DNA of 64,000 nucleotides, from IMG/VR virus record IMGVR_UViG_3300026980_000004; one strand, 5' to 3'. The position numbers and the translations under genes were made by a program. The notes under the pieces are model-generated. The model was not told where the DNA came from, did not search any database, and saw only the letters and a list, made by a program, of their open reading frames with translations. Source of the stretch: a virus (lineage: Duplodnaviria > Heunggongvirae > Uroviricota > Caudoviricetes). This document shows, piece after piece, positions 1 to 10,694 of the stretch. Numbering within the stretch: the stretch's first letter is position 1; the number at the start of each line of letters is the position of its first letter.

Positions 1-1210
1 AATTAACATAATAAAAGAAGAATATAATTTAATTAAAGAATCATTAACCGATATTGAAGAAATAAAAAATCATTCTTTTATAAAGGATATCGAAAAAAAT
101 GGTGGTAAACTATATTATGTTGGTGGTTTTGTTAGGGATTCTTTTCTTAATAAAGAATCAAAAGACATTGATATGTTAATATCTGGTATACCAATGGATA
201 GACTCGAACAAATATTAGCAAATAATGGAAAAGTTGATGCAGTTGGTAAATCTTTTGGCGTTTTAAAATTTATACCAAATGGAAGTGAATTGGATTTGGA
301 TATTGCAATACCAAGAGTAGAAAAATCAACAGGTAATAAATATACGGATTTTGAAGTTGTTGCAGATCATAATCTATCAATTGAGTCTGATTTGGCTAGA
401 AGAGATTTTACCTTCAACGCAATAGCAAAAGACATAAATGGAAATATAATAGACCCATTTAATGGAAGAAAAGATTTACAAAACAAATTAATAAGGATGG
501 TAAATCCAGAAGCATTTGGTGACGATCCTTTAAGAATGTTAAGAGCTATTCAGTTTTCAGCAAGATTTAATTTCACAATAGAAAAAAATACCTTTAATGA
601 AATAAAGAAAAATGCAAATAAAATAAAATCAATATCACCAGAAAGGATATTGATAGAATTTGATAAAATTGTAAAAAAGGGTAATATTGAAAATGGGATA
701 AAAAATTTAATAGATACAAATCTATATCAACATATTTTTAATAGTAAACCATCAATAAAATATAATGAAATTAATATTGATCAAATAAAAACAATGGGTG
801 AATTTATATTTTCACTATGTTATGGTTCATCAATTGATAATATATCGGATTTTTATAAAAATAAATTAAATGGTGATATTGAAAATACAAAACAAATTAA
901 AGCATTGGAATATATCTATAATAATATAGAAAATAATAGATTAAATAATTTGATGTCTATATTTAACGCATATTCAATATATCCAAATGTTATTAATTCT
1001 GATATATTTAATAATAATATTAAAAAATATATAAATGAATTTATTAAATATCCTAAAACAATAAAAGAATTGGATATTAATGGAAATGATATAATGAATC
1101 TAGGTTATAAAGGTCCAGAAGTTAAAGAAATGTTTTTAAAGGTACTTAAAGCAATATTCAATGATGAAATAAATAATAATAAAAAAGAAATAATTAATTA
1201 TATAAAATAA
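1..1210 (+). CDS. cca: CCA-adding tRNA nucleotidyltransferase (5' end lies upstream of window; frame is open from nt 2)
   Basis: Motifs GGFVRD...DIDM and RRDFTFNAIA typical of class II CCA enzymes. Upstream in-frame sequence INIIKEEYNLIKE has no stop back to nt 2 and matches the N-terminal leader family. Confidence 0.75.
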   Translation, partial: INIIKEEYNLIKESLTDIEEIKNHSFIKDIEKNGGKLYYVGGFVRDSFLNKESKDIDMLISGIPMDRLEQILANNGKVDAVGKSFGVLKFIPNGSELDLDIAIPRVEKSTGNKYTDFEVVADHNLSIESDLARRDFTFNAIAKDINGNIIDPFNGRKDLQNKLIRMVNPEAFGDDPLRMLRAIQFSARFNFTIEKNTFNEIKKNANKIKSISPERILIEFDKIVKKGNIENGIKNLIDTNLYQHIFNSKPSIKYNEINIDQIKTMGEFIFSLCYGSSIDNISDFYKNKLNGDIENTKQIKALEYIYNNIENNRLNNLMSIFNAYSIYPNVINSDIFNNNIKKYINEFIKYPKTIKELDINGNDIMNLGYKGPEVKEMFLKVLKAIFNDEINNNKKEIINYIK

Positions 1211-1234
1211 CTATTTATATAAAAAAATAAAACT

Positions 1235-1531
1235 ATGCTATACTTAGGATTTTCAATTACAATAACAATCGCAATTGTTGAATTGATAAAAAAAACAGAA
1301 ATATTTAAAGATAAAACTTTATTTAACAAAATTAAATTGGATAATTATAAATTATTGAGCATTGTAATTTGTTTATTAATTTTAATTATTCTAACTAAAT
1401 TATCATTTGTTGGATTACTATTTTTTGAGTTTTTATTGGTGGTATTACTACCATCTGTTGGATACGATTATCTATATGCACCAATTATAAAACCAATAGT
1501 AGATCCGTTAATTAAATTAATAAAAAAATAA
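1235..1531 (+). CDS. small hydrophobic membrane protein, hypothetical
   Basis: 98-aa ORF with two or three predicted TM segments; tight spacing to neighbours. Confidence 0.45.
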   Translation: MLYLGFSITITIAIVELIKKTEIFKDKTLFNKIKLDNYKLLSIVICLLILIILTKLSFVGLLFFEFLLVVLLPSVGYDYLYAPIIKPIVDPLIKLIKK

Positions 1532-1537
1532 AACATT

Positions 1538-1825
1538 ATGAAAACACAAAAAATTAAATTATCAGAACTAAAAGAAATTGTAAAAAAAGTAATCAAAGAA
1601 GAGAATCAACATAGATCAGTACCCCGCATTGATAAAAATGATTTTATGAATAATAGAGTTATTGAAATTGGTGATTTAAAAATCGTTTTAAGTCATTTAC
1701 AAAATCCAGATTATTATATTGCTAGATATTATGATATTGATAATGAACTTGAAGGTAGTTATGGTAGTCCTAATTATAGAGATGTCATATATGATATTTC
1801 CCATGAAATATCAACATTACAATAA
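1538..1825 (+). CDS. hypothetical protein carrying the KIKLSELKEIVKKVIKEE motif at its N-terminus
   Basis: ORF. The 54-bp DNA segment 1553-1606 is near-identical to 2153-2206. Confidence 0.5.
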   Translation: MKTQKIKLSELKEIVKKVIKEENQHRSVPRIDKNDFMNNRVIEIGDLKIVLSHLQNPDYYIARYYDIDNELEGSYGSPNYRDVIYDISHEISTLQ

Positions 1826-1871
1826 TAATTAAACTCAATAGTATTTATATTTATAATAAGAAAATAATAAT

Positions 1872-2690
1872 ATGAAAAAAGAATATATAGCATTTACAGC
1901 AAATTCATATGCAATTTCTTCCACAAAAGAAAAGGCACTTCAAGAACTTAAAAACTATTTAAAAAGGAATAAAATATTACCATCTGTAAATAAAGTTGGT
2001 ATTGTGGATATTACAGAACTTCCTGATGATGCAAAATTTAATTATGAAACATGGAAATTTACTGGATATTTTGATAATAAAGAAATTGATTTTCCAGTAA
2101 AAGTTATTTATGTTGATTGGAATAAAAAAAATGAAATTGTTACCGAATCAAAAAAAATTAAATTATCAGAACTAAAAGAAATTGTAAAAAAAGTAATTAA
2201 AGAAGAATCAGAACCTAATCAATTAAAAGAATCTTGGGAAGGTGTTGATAGAGATTTAGAAACTTCATTGTTCGAATATGGATTTGTTGCAAGACAAAAT
2301 GATAACAGAGATTATGATGATGAATGGTTTGTTCTATATGATATTGGTGAAAATAGATTTGATACTGGTCATATTAGAGAATCTGAATTGGATAATATTG
2401 TTTTGGGAAAAGAATGGGCAGACAATGACGATGTTCAATCATTTCTTGAATTTACTGGAAGTAGTAAAGAAGATTGGTTAAAATCACCATTCGTTAATAA
2501 ATTATCAAATCTTTTATCATACTTTGGATATCAAAATCTTATGGGTACATCGTATGGTGGATTCTCAAAAGATGATGCTGAACAAATGTTAATGGAAGAA
2601 TCATATAAACCAAAAACAAAAAAAATTAAATTAAAAGAGTTTAAGGAATTAGTGAAAAATGTAATTAAAGATGAGTACCAAAGAAAATAA
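1872..2690 (+). CDS. hypothetical protein with two copies of the K(I/L)KLSE(L/F)KE(I/L)VK motif
   Basis: 272-aa ORF. Preceded by TAGTATTTATA at 1840-1850. Confidence 0.55.
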   Translation: MKKEYIAFTANSYAISSTKEKALQELKNYLKRNKILPSVNKVGIVDITELPDDAKFNYETWKFTGYFDNKEIDFPVKVIYVDWNKKNEIVTESKKIKLSELKEIVKKVIKEESEPNQLKESWEGVDRDLETSLFEYGFVARQNDNRDYDDEWFVLYDIGENRFDTGHIRESELDNIVLGKEWADNDDVQSFLEFTGSSKEDWLKSPFVNKLSNLLSYFGYQNLMGTSYGGFSKDDAEQMLMEESYKPKTKKIKLKEFKELVKNVIKDEYQRK

Positions 2691-3099
2691 TAAACAAAAA
2701 TTATTTGAAGCATTCGATAAACTTTGTGGAACAAAATTATTAAAAGAAGAGAAATCACCAAAAGATTTATTAAAACAACATCTTATTGAATTAATTGATC
2801 TTGATAATTATGATGATTTAAATCAATATGCAAAAGGGGATGAAAAAATAATCGAACTATTTAAAACTTTTAAATCTGAAAAGGATTGGGATATTAAACA
2901 AAGTGGTTTAAAGAAAGCATTAGAAAACTGGTTAAGAGGTATGCCAACAATTTTAGATGCAATGCCAATATACTATGATGAAATTAAAAATTTATTATAT
3001 AGTATTGGAATTATTGATAGTAGAGATGTCGATGATGATGTTGTAGATAAATTATATTATAATACAATTGTCGATATTATATTAGACACTGTGAAATAA
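2671..3099 (+). CDS. hypothetical protein, possible head-internal protein; N-terminus KLFEAFDKLCGTKLL shared with ORF 25287-26441
   Basis: 142-aa ORF immediately upstream of the prohead protease gene. Shared 15-aa N-terminal leader contains an LxE site. Confidence 0.5.
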   Translation: MSTKENNKQKLFEAFDKLCGTKLLKEEKSPKDLLKQHLIELIDLDNYDDLNQYAKGDEKIIELFKTFKSEKDWDIKQSGLKKALENWLRGMPTILDAMPIYYDEIKNLLYSIGIIDSRDVDDDVVDKLYYNTIVDIILDTVK

Positions 3100-3122
3100 T
3101 ACAATAAATATATTTTATTTTA

Positions 3123-3165
3123 AAAACCAATATATTAATTTATATTGGTTTTTTTATTTTTTAAA
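3123..3165 (+). terminator. rho-independent terminator (AAAACCAATATA...TATATTGGTTTTT hairpin plus T-run)
   Basis: Inverted repeat followed by TTTTTATTTTTT. Confidence 0.6.
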
Positions 3166-3204
3166 CTTAATAGTATTTATAATTATAATTTATAAATATT
3201 TAAT

Positions 3205-3900
3205 ATGAGCCAAATATTAGGAAGAAACCAAACTGGTTTTGGAATTTTAATAGAACAAGATGCTGGTGGTTTTGTACCAGAAAGAAATACCGAATTAATT
3301 AATGAAGGTAAATTTGAAATATCACCAGATAAACCAATTCTGATTGATTGTATCCTACAAAAACATGATGTAGAAAATAGAAATGGTAGGGTATATCCAG
3401 AAAAGATTTTAAAAAAAGAAGTTGAAAGATATATGGATTTGGTTAATTCAAATTCAGCCTTAAATGAAGTTAACCACCCAAATGATTCAAATATTAATCT
3501 AAATAATATTGGACACCTAATTAAAAAAGTATGGTGGGAAGGTAATGTATTATGGGGTACACTTGAAATTATTACATCACCAGCATATATGAGAGAAGGT
3601 ATATGTTCATTGCCTGGTGATGGTATCGCTGAACTTTTAAAAAGAAAAGTAAAATTAGGGATATCAAGTAGAGGTATTGGTTCAATTAAAAATGTTGGTG
3701 GTAAAAACATAGTACAAGAAGATTTTGAACTAATATGTTTTGATTTAGTGGCATCGCCATCAACACCTGGGGCATATTTGATGAATGACACCATTAGAAC
3801 AGAAAATAATAAATCCAATATGTATGGTGAAGAGGTTGAAAAAACAAAACCATCAATTAACGAAAATTTAAATAATATTTTAGACAAATTCTTATTATAA
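3205..3900 (+). CDS. prohead core protease (T4 gp21-like, peptidase U9)
   Basis: NRNGRVYPEKILKKEV, LNEVNHPN and GISSRGIGSI align to T4 gp21 NRNKRLYPKRILEKAV, LGELNHPP and GVSSRGLGSL. Preceded by TAGTATTTATAATT. Confidence 0.85.
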   Translation: MSQILGRNQTGFGILIEQDAGGFVPERNTELINEGKFEISPDKPILIDCILQKHDVENRNGRVYPEKILKKEVERYMDLVNSNSALNEVNHPNDSNINLNNIGHLIKKVWWEGNVLWGTLEIITSPAYMREGICSLPGDGIAELLKRKVKLGISSRGIGSIKNVGGKNIVQEDFELICFDLVASPSTPGAYLMNDTIRTENNKSNMYGEEVEKTKPSINENLNNILDKFLL

Positions 3901-4043
3901 GAATAAAAATATCAAAAAAATTACTAATAAATATGTTAAAATATAACGATTTTAAAATAAAATAATATAAAAAATATATAATTATATATTTTTTATTAAA
4001 AACATAGTATTTATAATTAAATTTTAGTATAAAAAAAATTAAA

Positions 4044-5258
4044 ATGAGTAAAATTATTGAAAACGATAAGAATCTATTAAAAGATGCATTAGCAGAATAT
4101 AATGCAATTAAAGAAGAAGCAATCAAAGTTGCTAAAGATAGATTAGCTAAATCAATGCCTGACGTTATTGAAAATTTTCTAAAAGAAGAATTGGAAAATT
4201 CAATGAAAGATGAGGGTGTTATTAGTACTGATGATACCATGATTGATAATCAAGAATCAAGTGTTGCAGAGACAATGAAAGATGTTGATACACCAATGGG
4301 AGAATCAGAAGAAAAAGAAGATGACCATTCAGAAGAAATGGAAGATGATGAACTTACTGAAGAAGCAATTGAAGAAGCATTAAAAGAAATTGAAGAAATG
4401 AAAAACATGGACGAAGAAGAAATGGAATTAGATGAACATGGTATTTCTTTCGATGTTGATTTTGATGATGAAAAATTGGAAATCACAGATATTAAATCTG
4501 ATGATAAAGAATTTGATGATGTCGAATTTGAATTGGAATTGGATGATGAATCTGATGAAGATATGGATTCCGAAGATGAAGATATGGATGTTGAATTGGA
4601 TATTGACTCCGAAGATGAAGAATCTGATGATGAAGATATGGAGGAAATGGAAGAAGAAATGGATATCGAAGATATTGATTTAGATTCTTTAGATGAAGAA
4701 GATGAAGAAATGGAAGAGGGCTTGGCCCACACAATGACACATCAAAATGCAAAATCTGTTGGTGCTGAAGGTAATACCAATCACGGTAAAGCTAAAAGAC
4801 TTAGACCAGCAATGCAAGAGTCTGCAATGAAAAAAGATATTGATAAATTGATTAAAGAAAATCAAGATTTAAAATCAATCAATCTTGAATTCAAAGAAGC
4901 ACTTAAAAAGTATAAAACTCAATTATACGAAATGGCTGTGTTCAATGCCAATCTATCTCATGTTAATAATCTAATGGTTGAACATTCAACCACAGTTGAT
5001 GAGAAAAAAGATATTTTGAACAAATTTAAATCGGTATCTACTATCGAAGAATCTAAAAAGGTTTATAACGATATGGTTAATACACTTAACGAATCTAAAA
5101 AATCTAAAAAGACTATCGAAGAAATGGTAGAGAAACCAACAAACCAAGGTTCTGCAACTTCAAAAACAATTACAGAATCTATGGATAAAAATAGTCCAAT
5201 GGATAGCATCAAAGCAATTAAAGAAAGAATGATGTATCTAGAAACTAGAAGAAAATAA
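4044..5258 (+). CDS. acidic prohead scaffold/core protein (T4 gp22-like)
   Basis: 404 aa, extremely D/E-rich central region. Sits between the gp21 and gp23 homologs as in T4. Preceded by TAGTATTTATAATTAA. Confidence 0.6.
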   Translation: MSKIIENDKNLLKDALAEYNAIKEEAIKVAKDRLAKSMPDVIENFLKEELENSMKDEGVISTDDTMIDNQESSVAETMKDVDTPMGESEEKEDDHSEEMEDDELTEEAIEEALKEIEEMKNMDEEEMELDEHGISFDVDFDDEKLEITDIKSDDKEFDDVEFELELDDESDEDMDSEDEDMDVELDIDSEDEESDDEDMEEMEEEMDIEDIDLDSLDEEDEEMEEGLAHTMTHQNAKSVGAEGNTNHGKAKRLRPAMQESAMKKDIDKLIKENQDLKSINLEFKEALKKYKTQLYEMAVFNANLSHVNNLMVEHSTTVDEKKDILNKFKSVSTIEESKKVYNDMVNTLNESKKSKKTIEEMVEKPTNQGSATSKTITESMDKNSPMDSIKAIKERMMYLETRRK

Positions 5259-5294
5259 AAATTAAAAAAATTAAACTTATTAAAAAAATAAATT

Positions 5295-6947
5295 ATGGGA
5301 TATTTAGTTAATTCATCCGAAGTAGGAAATATCGGATTGAAACAATTAAGAGAACAAAGAGAGGTTACAACCCAAAGATGGGAAAAAATTGGTCTCTTGG
5401 AAGGTCTTGAAGGAAACATTAAAGAAAACTGTGCTCAATTATTTGAAAACCAGTTATCTTACATGATTAATGAATCAACTGATGCTGGTAACTCTGGTCA
5501 GTTTGAAACTGTTGCATTCCCTATCATTCGTAGGGTATTCTCTAAGTTGTTAGCTAACGACTTGGTTTCTGTACAGGCTCTAAACCTACCTTTGGGTAAG
5601 CTGTATTACATCAACCCTAAAATTTCTGTTAGAAATAATGATGGGACTCACACTTCTCCTGATGGAGCATATTCAAATGCTGCTGATTTGGCTGATAACG
5701 CTAAAACTCAGTTCGAAAACGTATCACTATATGATTCTTACTATGCAACTGAGTACGGTGAAGAAGGTACTTCTTTATTTGACCGTTCTAAGGGTGGTGT
5801 AACTGTTGTTACTGGTGCTACTGCTGGATCTTATGCAGTTGGTGATAAGAGTGTTAGATTGACTATTAGCGGTTTCACTACTACTGATCAGGGTAAATTG
5901 ATCGGACCTGCTGGTGTACCAATGGATACTGAATCTTTCTTGGCATCTTTGAAAATTGTTGCTGACGAAGATTTGGATGCACCTGCAGAATTCCCAGAAG
6001 AAACTATTGCAGCTGGTTCTAGTGTACCTTTCAATGTAAAAGTACAACAGTACGGTAAGGGTATTGTAAGTAAGGATGGTGAATTGGTTGTTGATGCTGA
6101 TTTGACATTCCCAGGTGTTGATGGATATCAAGCATTGAGTGCATCAACTGGTGTATCTTTCACTTATGAATATAAGACTTACAGCGATCTTGAGGAAGAT
6201 TCTGAAATGGCTGAAGTTACTTTTGGTCTTGACAGTGTAACTGTTTCAGTTGAATCTAGAAAGATGAGAGCACAGTGGACTCCAGAACTAGCACAAGACG
6301 TTTCTGCATTCCACAACTTTGATGCTGAAGCTGAATTGACAGCGTTGTTATCTGAGCAAATGGCTGCTGAGGTTGATAGAGAAATCTTAAGAGACTTACG
6401 TAGAGGTGCTGCTTGGACTGCAAGATGGGATTATAATGGTCTTAGAAAGCAGACTAATACTTACTTCGGTACTCAGAAGGATTATAATCAAACTTTGATC
6501 ACTAAGATCAACCAAATTTCTGCACAAATTCACAAATCTACTTTGAGAGGTTCCGCTTCTTGGATCGTAGTATCTGCTGAAGTTTCTGCAGTATTTGACG
6601 ATTTGGAATACTTCCACGTATCTAATGCAGCCCCTGATCAGGATAAGTATAATATGGGTATTGAAAGAGTTGGTGTCCTACAAGGAAGATACCAAGTATA
6701 TCGTGATCCATATGCACCAGCAAATACAATTTTGATTGGACATAAGGGTTCTTCAATATTAGAAGCGGGTTACATATACAGCCCGTACGTGCCAATGGTA
6801 CTTACTCCAGTGATGTACAATCCATTCGATTTCAAGCCAATTCGTGGAATACTTAGCCGGTACGCAAAGAAAATGGTCTTGAACAGATACTATGGACGTA
6901 TTTTAGTTGATGGTCTTCAGACTTTCGGTATCGGTGATTTGAACTAA
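5295..6947 (+). CDS. major capsid protein (T4 gp23-like, HK97 fold)
   Basis: FPIIRRVFSKLLANDLVSVQALNLP is similar to T4 gp23 PAVMGMVRRAIPNLIAFDICGVQPM. LAQDVSAFHNFDAEAELTALLSEQMAAEVDREI is similar to LAQDLRAVHGMDADAELSGILATEIMLEINREV. C-terminal YGRILVDGL is similar to FRRVYVKGI. Confidence 0.9.
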   Translation: MGYLVNSSEVGNIGLKQLREQREVTTQRWEKIGLLEGLEGNIKENCAQLFENQLSYMINESTDAGNSGQFETVAFPIIRRVFSKLLANDLVSVQALNLPLGKLYYINPKISVRNNDGTHTSPDGAYSNAADLADNAKTQFENVSLYDSYYATEYGEEGTSLFDRSKGGVTVVTGATAGSYAVGDKSVRLTISGFTTTDQGKLIGPAGVPMDTESFLASLKIVADEDLDAPAEFPEETIAAGSSVPFNVKVQQYGKGIVSKDGELVVDADLTFPGVDGYQALSASTGVSFTYEYKTYSDLEEDSEMAEVTFGLDSVTVSVESRKMRAQWTPELAQDVSAFHNFDAEAELTALLSEQMAAEVDREILRDLRRGAAWTARWDYNGLRKQTNTYFGTQKDYNQTLITKINQISAQIHKSTLRGSASWIVVSAEVSAVFDDLEYFHVSNAAPDQDKYNMGIERVGVLQGRYQVYRDPYAPANTILIGHKGSSILEAGYIYSPYVPMVLTPVMYNPFDFKPIRGILSRYAKKMVLNRYYGRILVDGLQTFGIGDLN

Positions 6948-6967
6948 TCATTGATTAAAATAATATA

Positions 6968-6996
6968 AAGAGGGGCTTTTTAGCCCCTTTTTTTTG
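6968..6996 (+). terminator. rho-independent terminator after capsid gene (GGGGCTTTTTAGCCCC plus T-run)
   Basis: Perfect 6-bp GC stem followed by TTTTTTTTG. Confidence 0.8.
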
Positions 6997-7027
6997 TTTA
7001 TATATTTTTTTATTTTATCTTTGTCAC

Positions 7028-8977
7028 ATGAAAGAGAAATTTGAAATAGATATTGAGTACGCAAAGGAATTGTACGATAATGGTACTTCCATGCGTAAAA
7101 TTGCTAAGATTTTAGAATGTAGTTTAACTAAAGTTCAAAAAGAATTAAATTCTTATAATTTTAATTTAAATAATCCATATAAAGAAGTTGACGGTAAAAA
7201 TTTAATTGCAATTTGTAAAAAAACTGGTAAAGAATTTTTTGATTATGATAATAGAAGTGGATCAATTACAACACATTTATTAGAATTATTTCCAGACTTA
7301 GAAATTCCCTCACATTACAAAAGAAAGGATATATTATATAAAACTTTTAAATATTGGTATCATAATTATTTTAATTTCGAATATAGAGATATAAAAAAAA
7401 CTGTAAAATGTAAATATTGTGAATGGGAAACAGAGGATATTAATAATCTATCGGGTGCGTATATGAATCATATGATAAATACACATGATATTGACATTGA
7501 TAAATATTTAAATGAATATCCTAATGATAAAATATTTTTTAAAAATTATGTGAGAAAAATTGAAAGAAATGAATTTTTAGACGATAAAGATAATCATGTT
7601 GAATGTAAAATATGTGGTGAAAGATTAAAAAAAATAACACAATCTCATTTAGATAATCATAATATCACACTATTTGAATATAAGAAAAAATACAAATTGT
7701 ATAATCCTAAAGATTATATTTCGAAAACATCACACGATATAATATTGGTGAATAGAAAAGAAAATTTCTTTCCAAAAAAAATACATAAAAGATCAAAAGG
7801 GGAGAATGAAATAATAAAATTTTTAAATTTTCATAATATTAAAACAATACCTAATGAGAGAAATTTATTAGATGGGTTCGAATTGGATATTTACCTACCA
7901 GAATATAAAATAGGTATTGAATTTAATGGAGTGTATTTCCATTCTGAATATACAGGAAAAAAGGATATTGAATATCATAAATCAAAAACAAATATATTAG
8001 AATCGAAGGGTATAAAATTAATTCATATATTTGATGTTAATTATGAAAAATGTACGAAAAAAATAAATAGGATGTTATTAGATTTTATTGGAATTAATTT
8101 AATTAAAATTAATACTGATAATAATATTGTAAACTATATTGATGAAAATAAAAAGAATGAATTTATCAGAAATAATACAATTAATGTAATTGACAAATCC
8201 GAATATTGTATATCTACAATAATAAATGAGAAAATATTTTCAATATTATGTTTTGATTATATTGAAAATAAAATCAAAATAAATAATTATATATGTAAAA
8301 TCGGATATAGAATAGAAGATGATCATATTTTAATGTTTGAATCAATCAAAACAAAATTTAAATTCGATCAAATTATTGGTTATTATAATAAATTATGGAA
8401 TGATTTTGATGGTAATTTTTTCGAAAAGTTGGGTTTTAAAAAAAATAAAAATATTGATCCTGATTTTTATTATATTAAATATAATGGAATCGATAAGAAT
8501 ATGTTGATTAATAAAAACTTTTATACTAAAGAATATTTAAAAGAAAGATTTAAAGATATTTATTCTGATATTCTTTCGGTTGATGAATTATTCAATAAAG
8601 CTGGTTATGATAAGATTTGGGATAGTGGGTCTATTGAATATCTTTTATATTCCGAAAATGATAATAATATATATAAATTAAATTTAAATAAACCAATTAA
8701 TAGAAAAAATACAATTAACCCACCAAAATATAAGGAAATTATTAATAATAAAAATAAAAAACCAAGTAAGAAGGTAGTTTTATTAGATTGTAATTATAAT
8801 TTTATTAGAATTTATAATTCAATAAAAGATTGTTCAAATCATATGGGTTATACATTTCATCAGGTTTATGAAAGATTAAGAGGTAAATATAAAAATAATT
8901 TACCACATAAATTTGTTTATTTGAAGGATTATAATGGTATATATGATCTAAAAAAAGATTTATATAAAATTTCTTGA
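7028..8977 (+). CDS. homing-endonuclease-like protein: multiple C2H2/C4 zinc fingers, endonuclease-like core, C-terminal NUMOD-like DNA-binding motif
   Basis: Cys/His pairs. Endonuclease-fold-like segment GENEIIKFLN...LLDGFELDIYLPEYKIGIEFNGVYFHS. C-terminal IRIYNSIKDCSNHMGYTFHQVYERLRGK resembles NUMOD/IENR helix motifs. Confidence 0.45.
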   Translation: MKEKFEIDIEYAKELYDNGTSMRKIAKILECSLTKVQKELNSYNFNLNNPYKEVDGKNLIAICKKTGKEFFDYDNRSGSITTHLLELFPDLEIPSHYKRKDILYKTFKYWYHNYFNFEYRDIKKTVKCKYCEWETEDINNLSGAYMNHMINTHDIDIDKYLNEYPNDKIFFKNYVRKIERNEFLDDKDNHVECKICGERLKKITQSHLDNHNITLFEYKKKYKLYNPKDYISKTSHDIILVNRKENFFPKKIHKRSKGENEIIKFLNFHNIKTIPNERNLLDGFELDIYLPEYKIGIEFNGVYFHSEYTGKKDIEYHKSKTNILESKGIKLIHIFDVNYEKCTKKINRMLLDFIGINLIKINTDNNIVNYIDENKKNEFIRNNTINVIDKSEYCISTIINEKIFSILCFDYIENKIKINNYICKIGYRIEDDHILMFESIKTKFKFDQIIGYYNKLWNDFDGNFFEKLGFKKNKNIDPDFYYIKYNGIDKNMLINKNFYTKEYLKERFKDIYSDILSVDELFNKAGYDKIWDSGSIEYLLYSENDNNIYKLNLNKPINRKNTINPPKYKEIINNKNKKPSKKVVLLDCNYNFIRIYNSIKDCSNHMGYTFHQVYERLRGKYKNNLPHKFVYLKDYNGIYDLKKDLYKIS

Positions 8978-9029
8978 AAGTTGTTTTTAACACTATTTTT
9001 TATAAATTTGTAAAAAAATAATAAATTAC

Positions 9030-10058
9030 ATGGAAAATACAGCACATCAATACAAGATTAGATTAAAAAAACAGGAAGAAGAACAGGATAGTTTACCGTT
9101 TAATTTATGTGATATTGAACTAAAAAATACAACATTAAAGTTAATTTCAAAGAAAGAAGCAGAAAATATTATAATTAAATACGAATGGTTAAAAAAAATG
9201 CCAGGTTTTAGCAAATATTTCTTTGGTTTATTTTTTAATATTAACGGTAATGAATATTTGGGTGGTGTTTTGGTATATGGTCCAGAATACGGTTCTAATA
9301 CAAATGTTTGGTATAAATATGGTTTTAATGATAAGATTTTATTACTTTCTAGAGGTGTATGTCTATGGTGGACACCAAAAAATACCGCTAGTTATTTTAT
9401 TTCAAGGGCAAATAAATGGATAAAAGGAAATACACAGTACAGAATTATAACAGCAACAATAGATCCTATGGCTGGAGAATTTGGAACAATTTATCAATCC
9501 TTAAATTGGTATTATGTTGGTTTGATGGGAGGTAATTATAGTAAGGGTGGTAGAGAGGTTAAAAGGATGAGTATTATTATTGGTGGGAAGCAATATAGTA
9601 CAAGATATATAAGAAAAAAATATGGTACAATGAAAAAAGAGGAAATTCTTAAAATACATCCTGATGCTATTTATGTACCACAATATAGAAAAAGAAGATA
9701 TTTTTATTTTATGGATACAAAAATGAATAATAAAAAATATTATGAAGCGATAAAAGATATGATTCAAGAATATCCTAAAAGAAAGGAAGATGATGCATTT
9801 GGTGTTATTTATATGCTGAAAAATAAAACTAACGATAAAAAATATATTGGTTGTACATATAAAAGTTTCTATGAAGAGTATTTAAATTATATGAATTTAA
9901 ATAAAGAAGAAATTGAAAATAAAGAACTATATAATGATATTTTTAAACATGGTTTTGATGAATTTGAAATGAAATTACTCAAAACAGAACAAGGAGATAA
10001 AAAAATAAAAGAAACTATTAATCTTTTACTAGAAGAATATAACGGAATAAAAATATGA
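9030..10058 (+). CDS. two-domain protein: uncharacterised N-terminal domain plus C-terminal GIY-YIG nuclease domain
   Basis: GVIYMLKNKTNDKKYIG has GIY-(10 aa)-YIG spacing. N-terminal domain carries ATIDPMAGEFGTIYQSLNWYYVG. Confidence 0.5.
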   Translation: MENTAHQYKIRLKKQEEEQDSLPFNLCDIELKNTTLKLISKKEAENIIIKYEWLKKMPGFSKYFFGLFFNINGNEYLGGVLVYGPEYGSNTNVWYKYGFNDKILLLSRGVCLWWTPKNTASYFISRANKWIKGNTQYRIITATIDPMAGEFGTIYQSLNWYYVGLMGGNYSKGGREVKRMSIIIGGKQYSTRYIRKKYGTMKKEEILKIHPDAIYVPQYRKRRYFYFMDTKMNNKKYYEAIKDMIQEYPKRKEDDAFGVIYMLKNKTNDKKYIGCTYKSFYEEYLNYMNLNKEEIENKELYNDIFKHGFDEFEMKLLKTEQGDKKIKETINLLLEEYNGIKI

Positions 10059-10678
10059 TAATATATTCTAGGTATGATTTTAATAGACAAGCAATTCTGA
10101 GTGGTTTAAATAATGAAAATTATACGGGAATTGTTATTGATAGGTATATAAAAGATAGAAAATTATTAACACAAGAAGAATATTATAAAATTGAGAATCT
10201 TAAATATGATGATACATTTTATCAAAATTTAATGTTTAGTGTGACAAATAGAAAAGAAATTGTTGATAATATTTTTGGTATTGGAACTGCGAAAATGTGC
10301 AGAATATTAAATAATTTATCTAGAACATATGAAGATGCTATTGTTTTAAAAAATTTATATAATTTAGAAAAACTAAAAATGGATGGTCATTTATCTGGTT
10401 ATTTTAGAAAAAGGAAATTGAGACAGGTAATGGACATTTTTGATAATTTAATTAAATCAAAAAAAGTTAGAATTACGGAAAACAAACATAAGGTTATACA
10501 ATCAAGTGAATATTTGATTTATTATGAAGATTATATTTTTTGTTGTCATTCTAATTTACCATATGATTTTTTTGAAAAATACGATGAAAATCATAAATGG
10601 TTATATTTGTATAATATATCTAATATGAGTAAATTATTGGATTTAATTGACCATAAATTTGGTAAATATATGAAATAA
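10055..10678 (+). CDS. hypothetical protein
   Basis: 207-aa ORF overlapping the upstream stop by 4 nt (translational coupling). Confidence 0.45.
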   Translation: MIIYSRYDFNRQAILSGLNNENYTGIVIDRYIKDRKLLTQEEYYKIENLKYDDTFYQNLMFSVTNRKEIVDNIFGIGTAKMCRILNNLSRTYEDAIVLKNLYNLEKLKMDGHLSGYFRKRKLRQVMDIFDNLIKSKKVRITENKHKVIQSSEYLIYYEDYIFCCHSNLPYDFFEKYDENHKWLYLYNISNMSKLLDLIDHKFGKYMK

Positions 10679-10694
10679 TGTTTATCTTTGTTAC

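Noticed and set aside
4250-4752. Opposite-strand and alternate-frame ORFs inside the acidic scaffold gene (4250-4732, 4432-4683, 4492-4752), and likewise 13641-13826, 14020-14352 and 14294-14722 inside the PE-repeat gene
   Set aside because: Low-complexity artefacts of D/E- and PE-repeat coding sequence; the + strand genes are the real ones.
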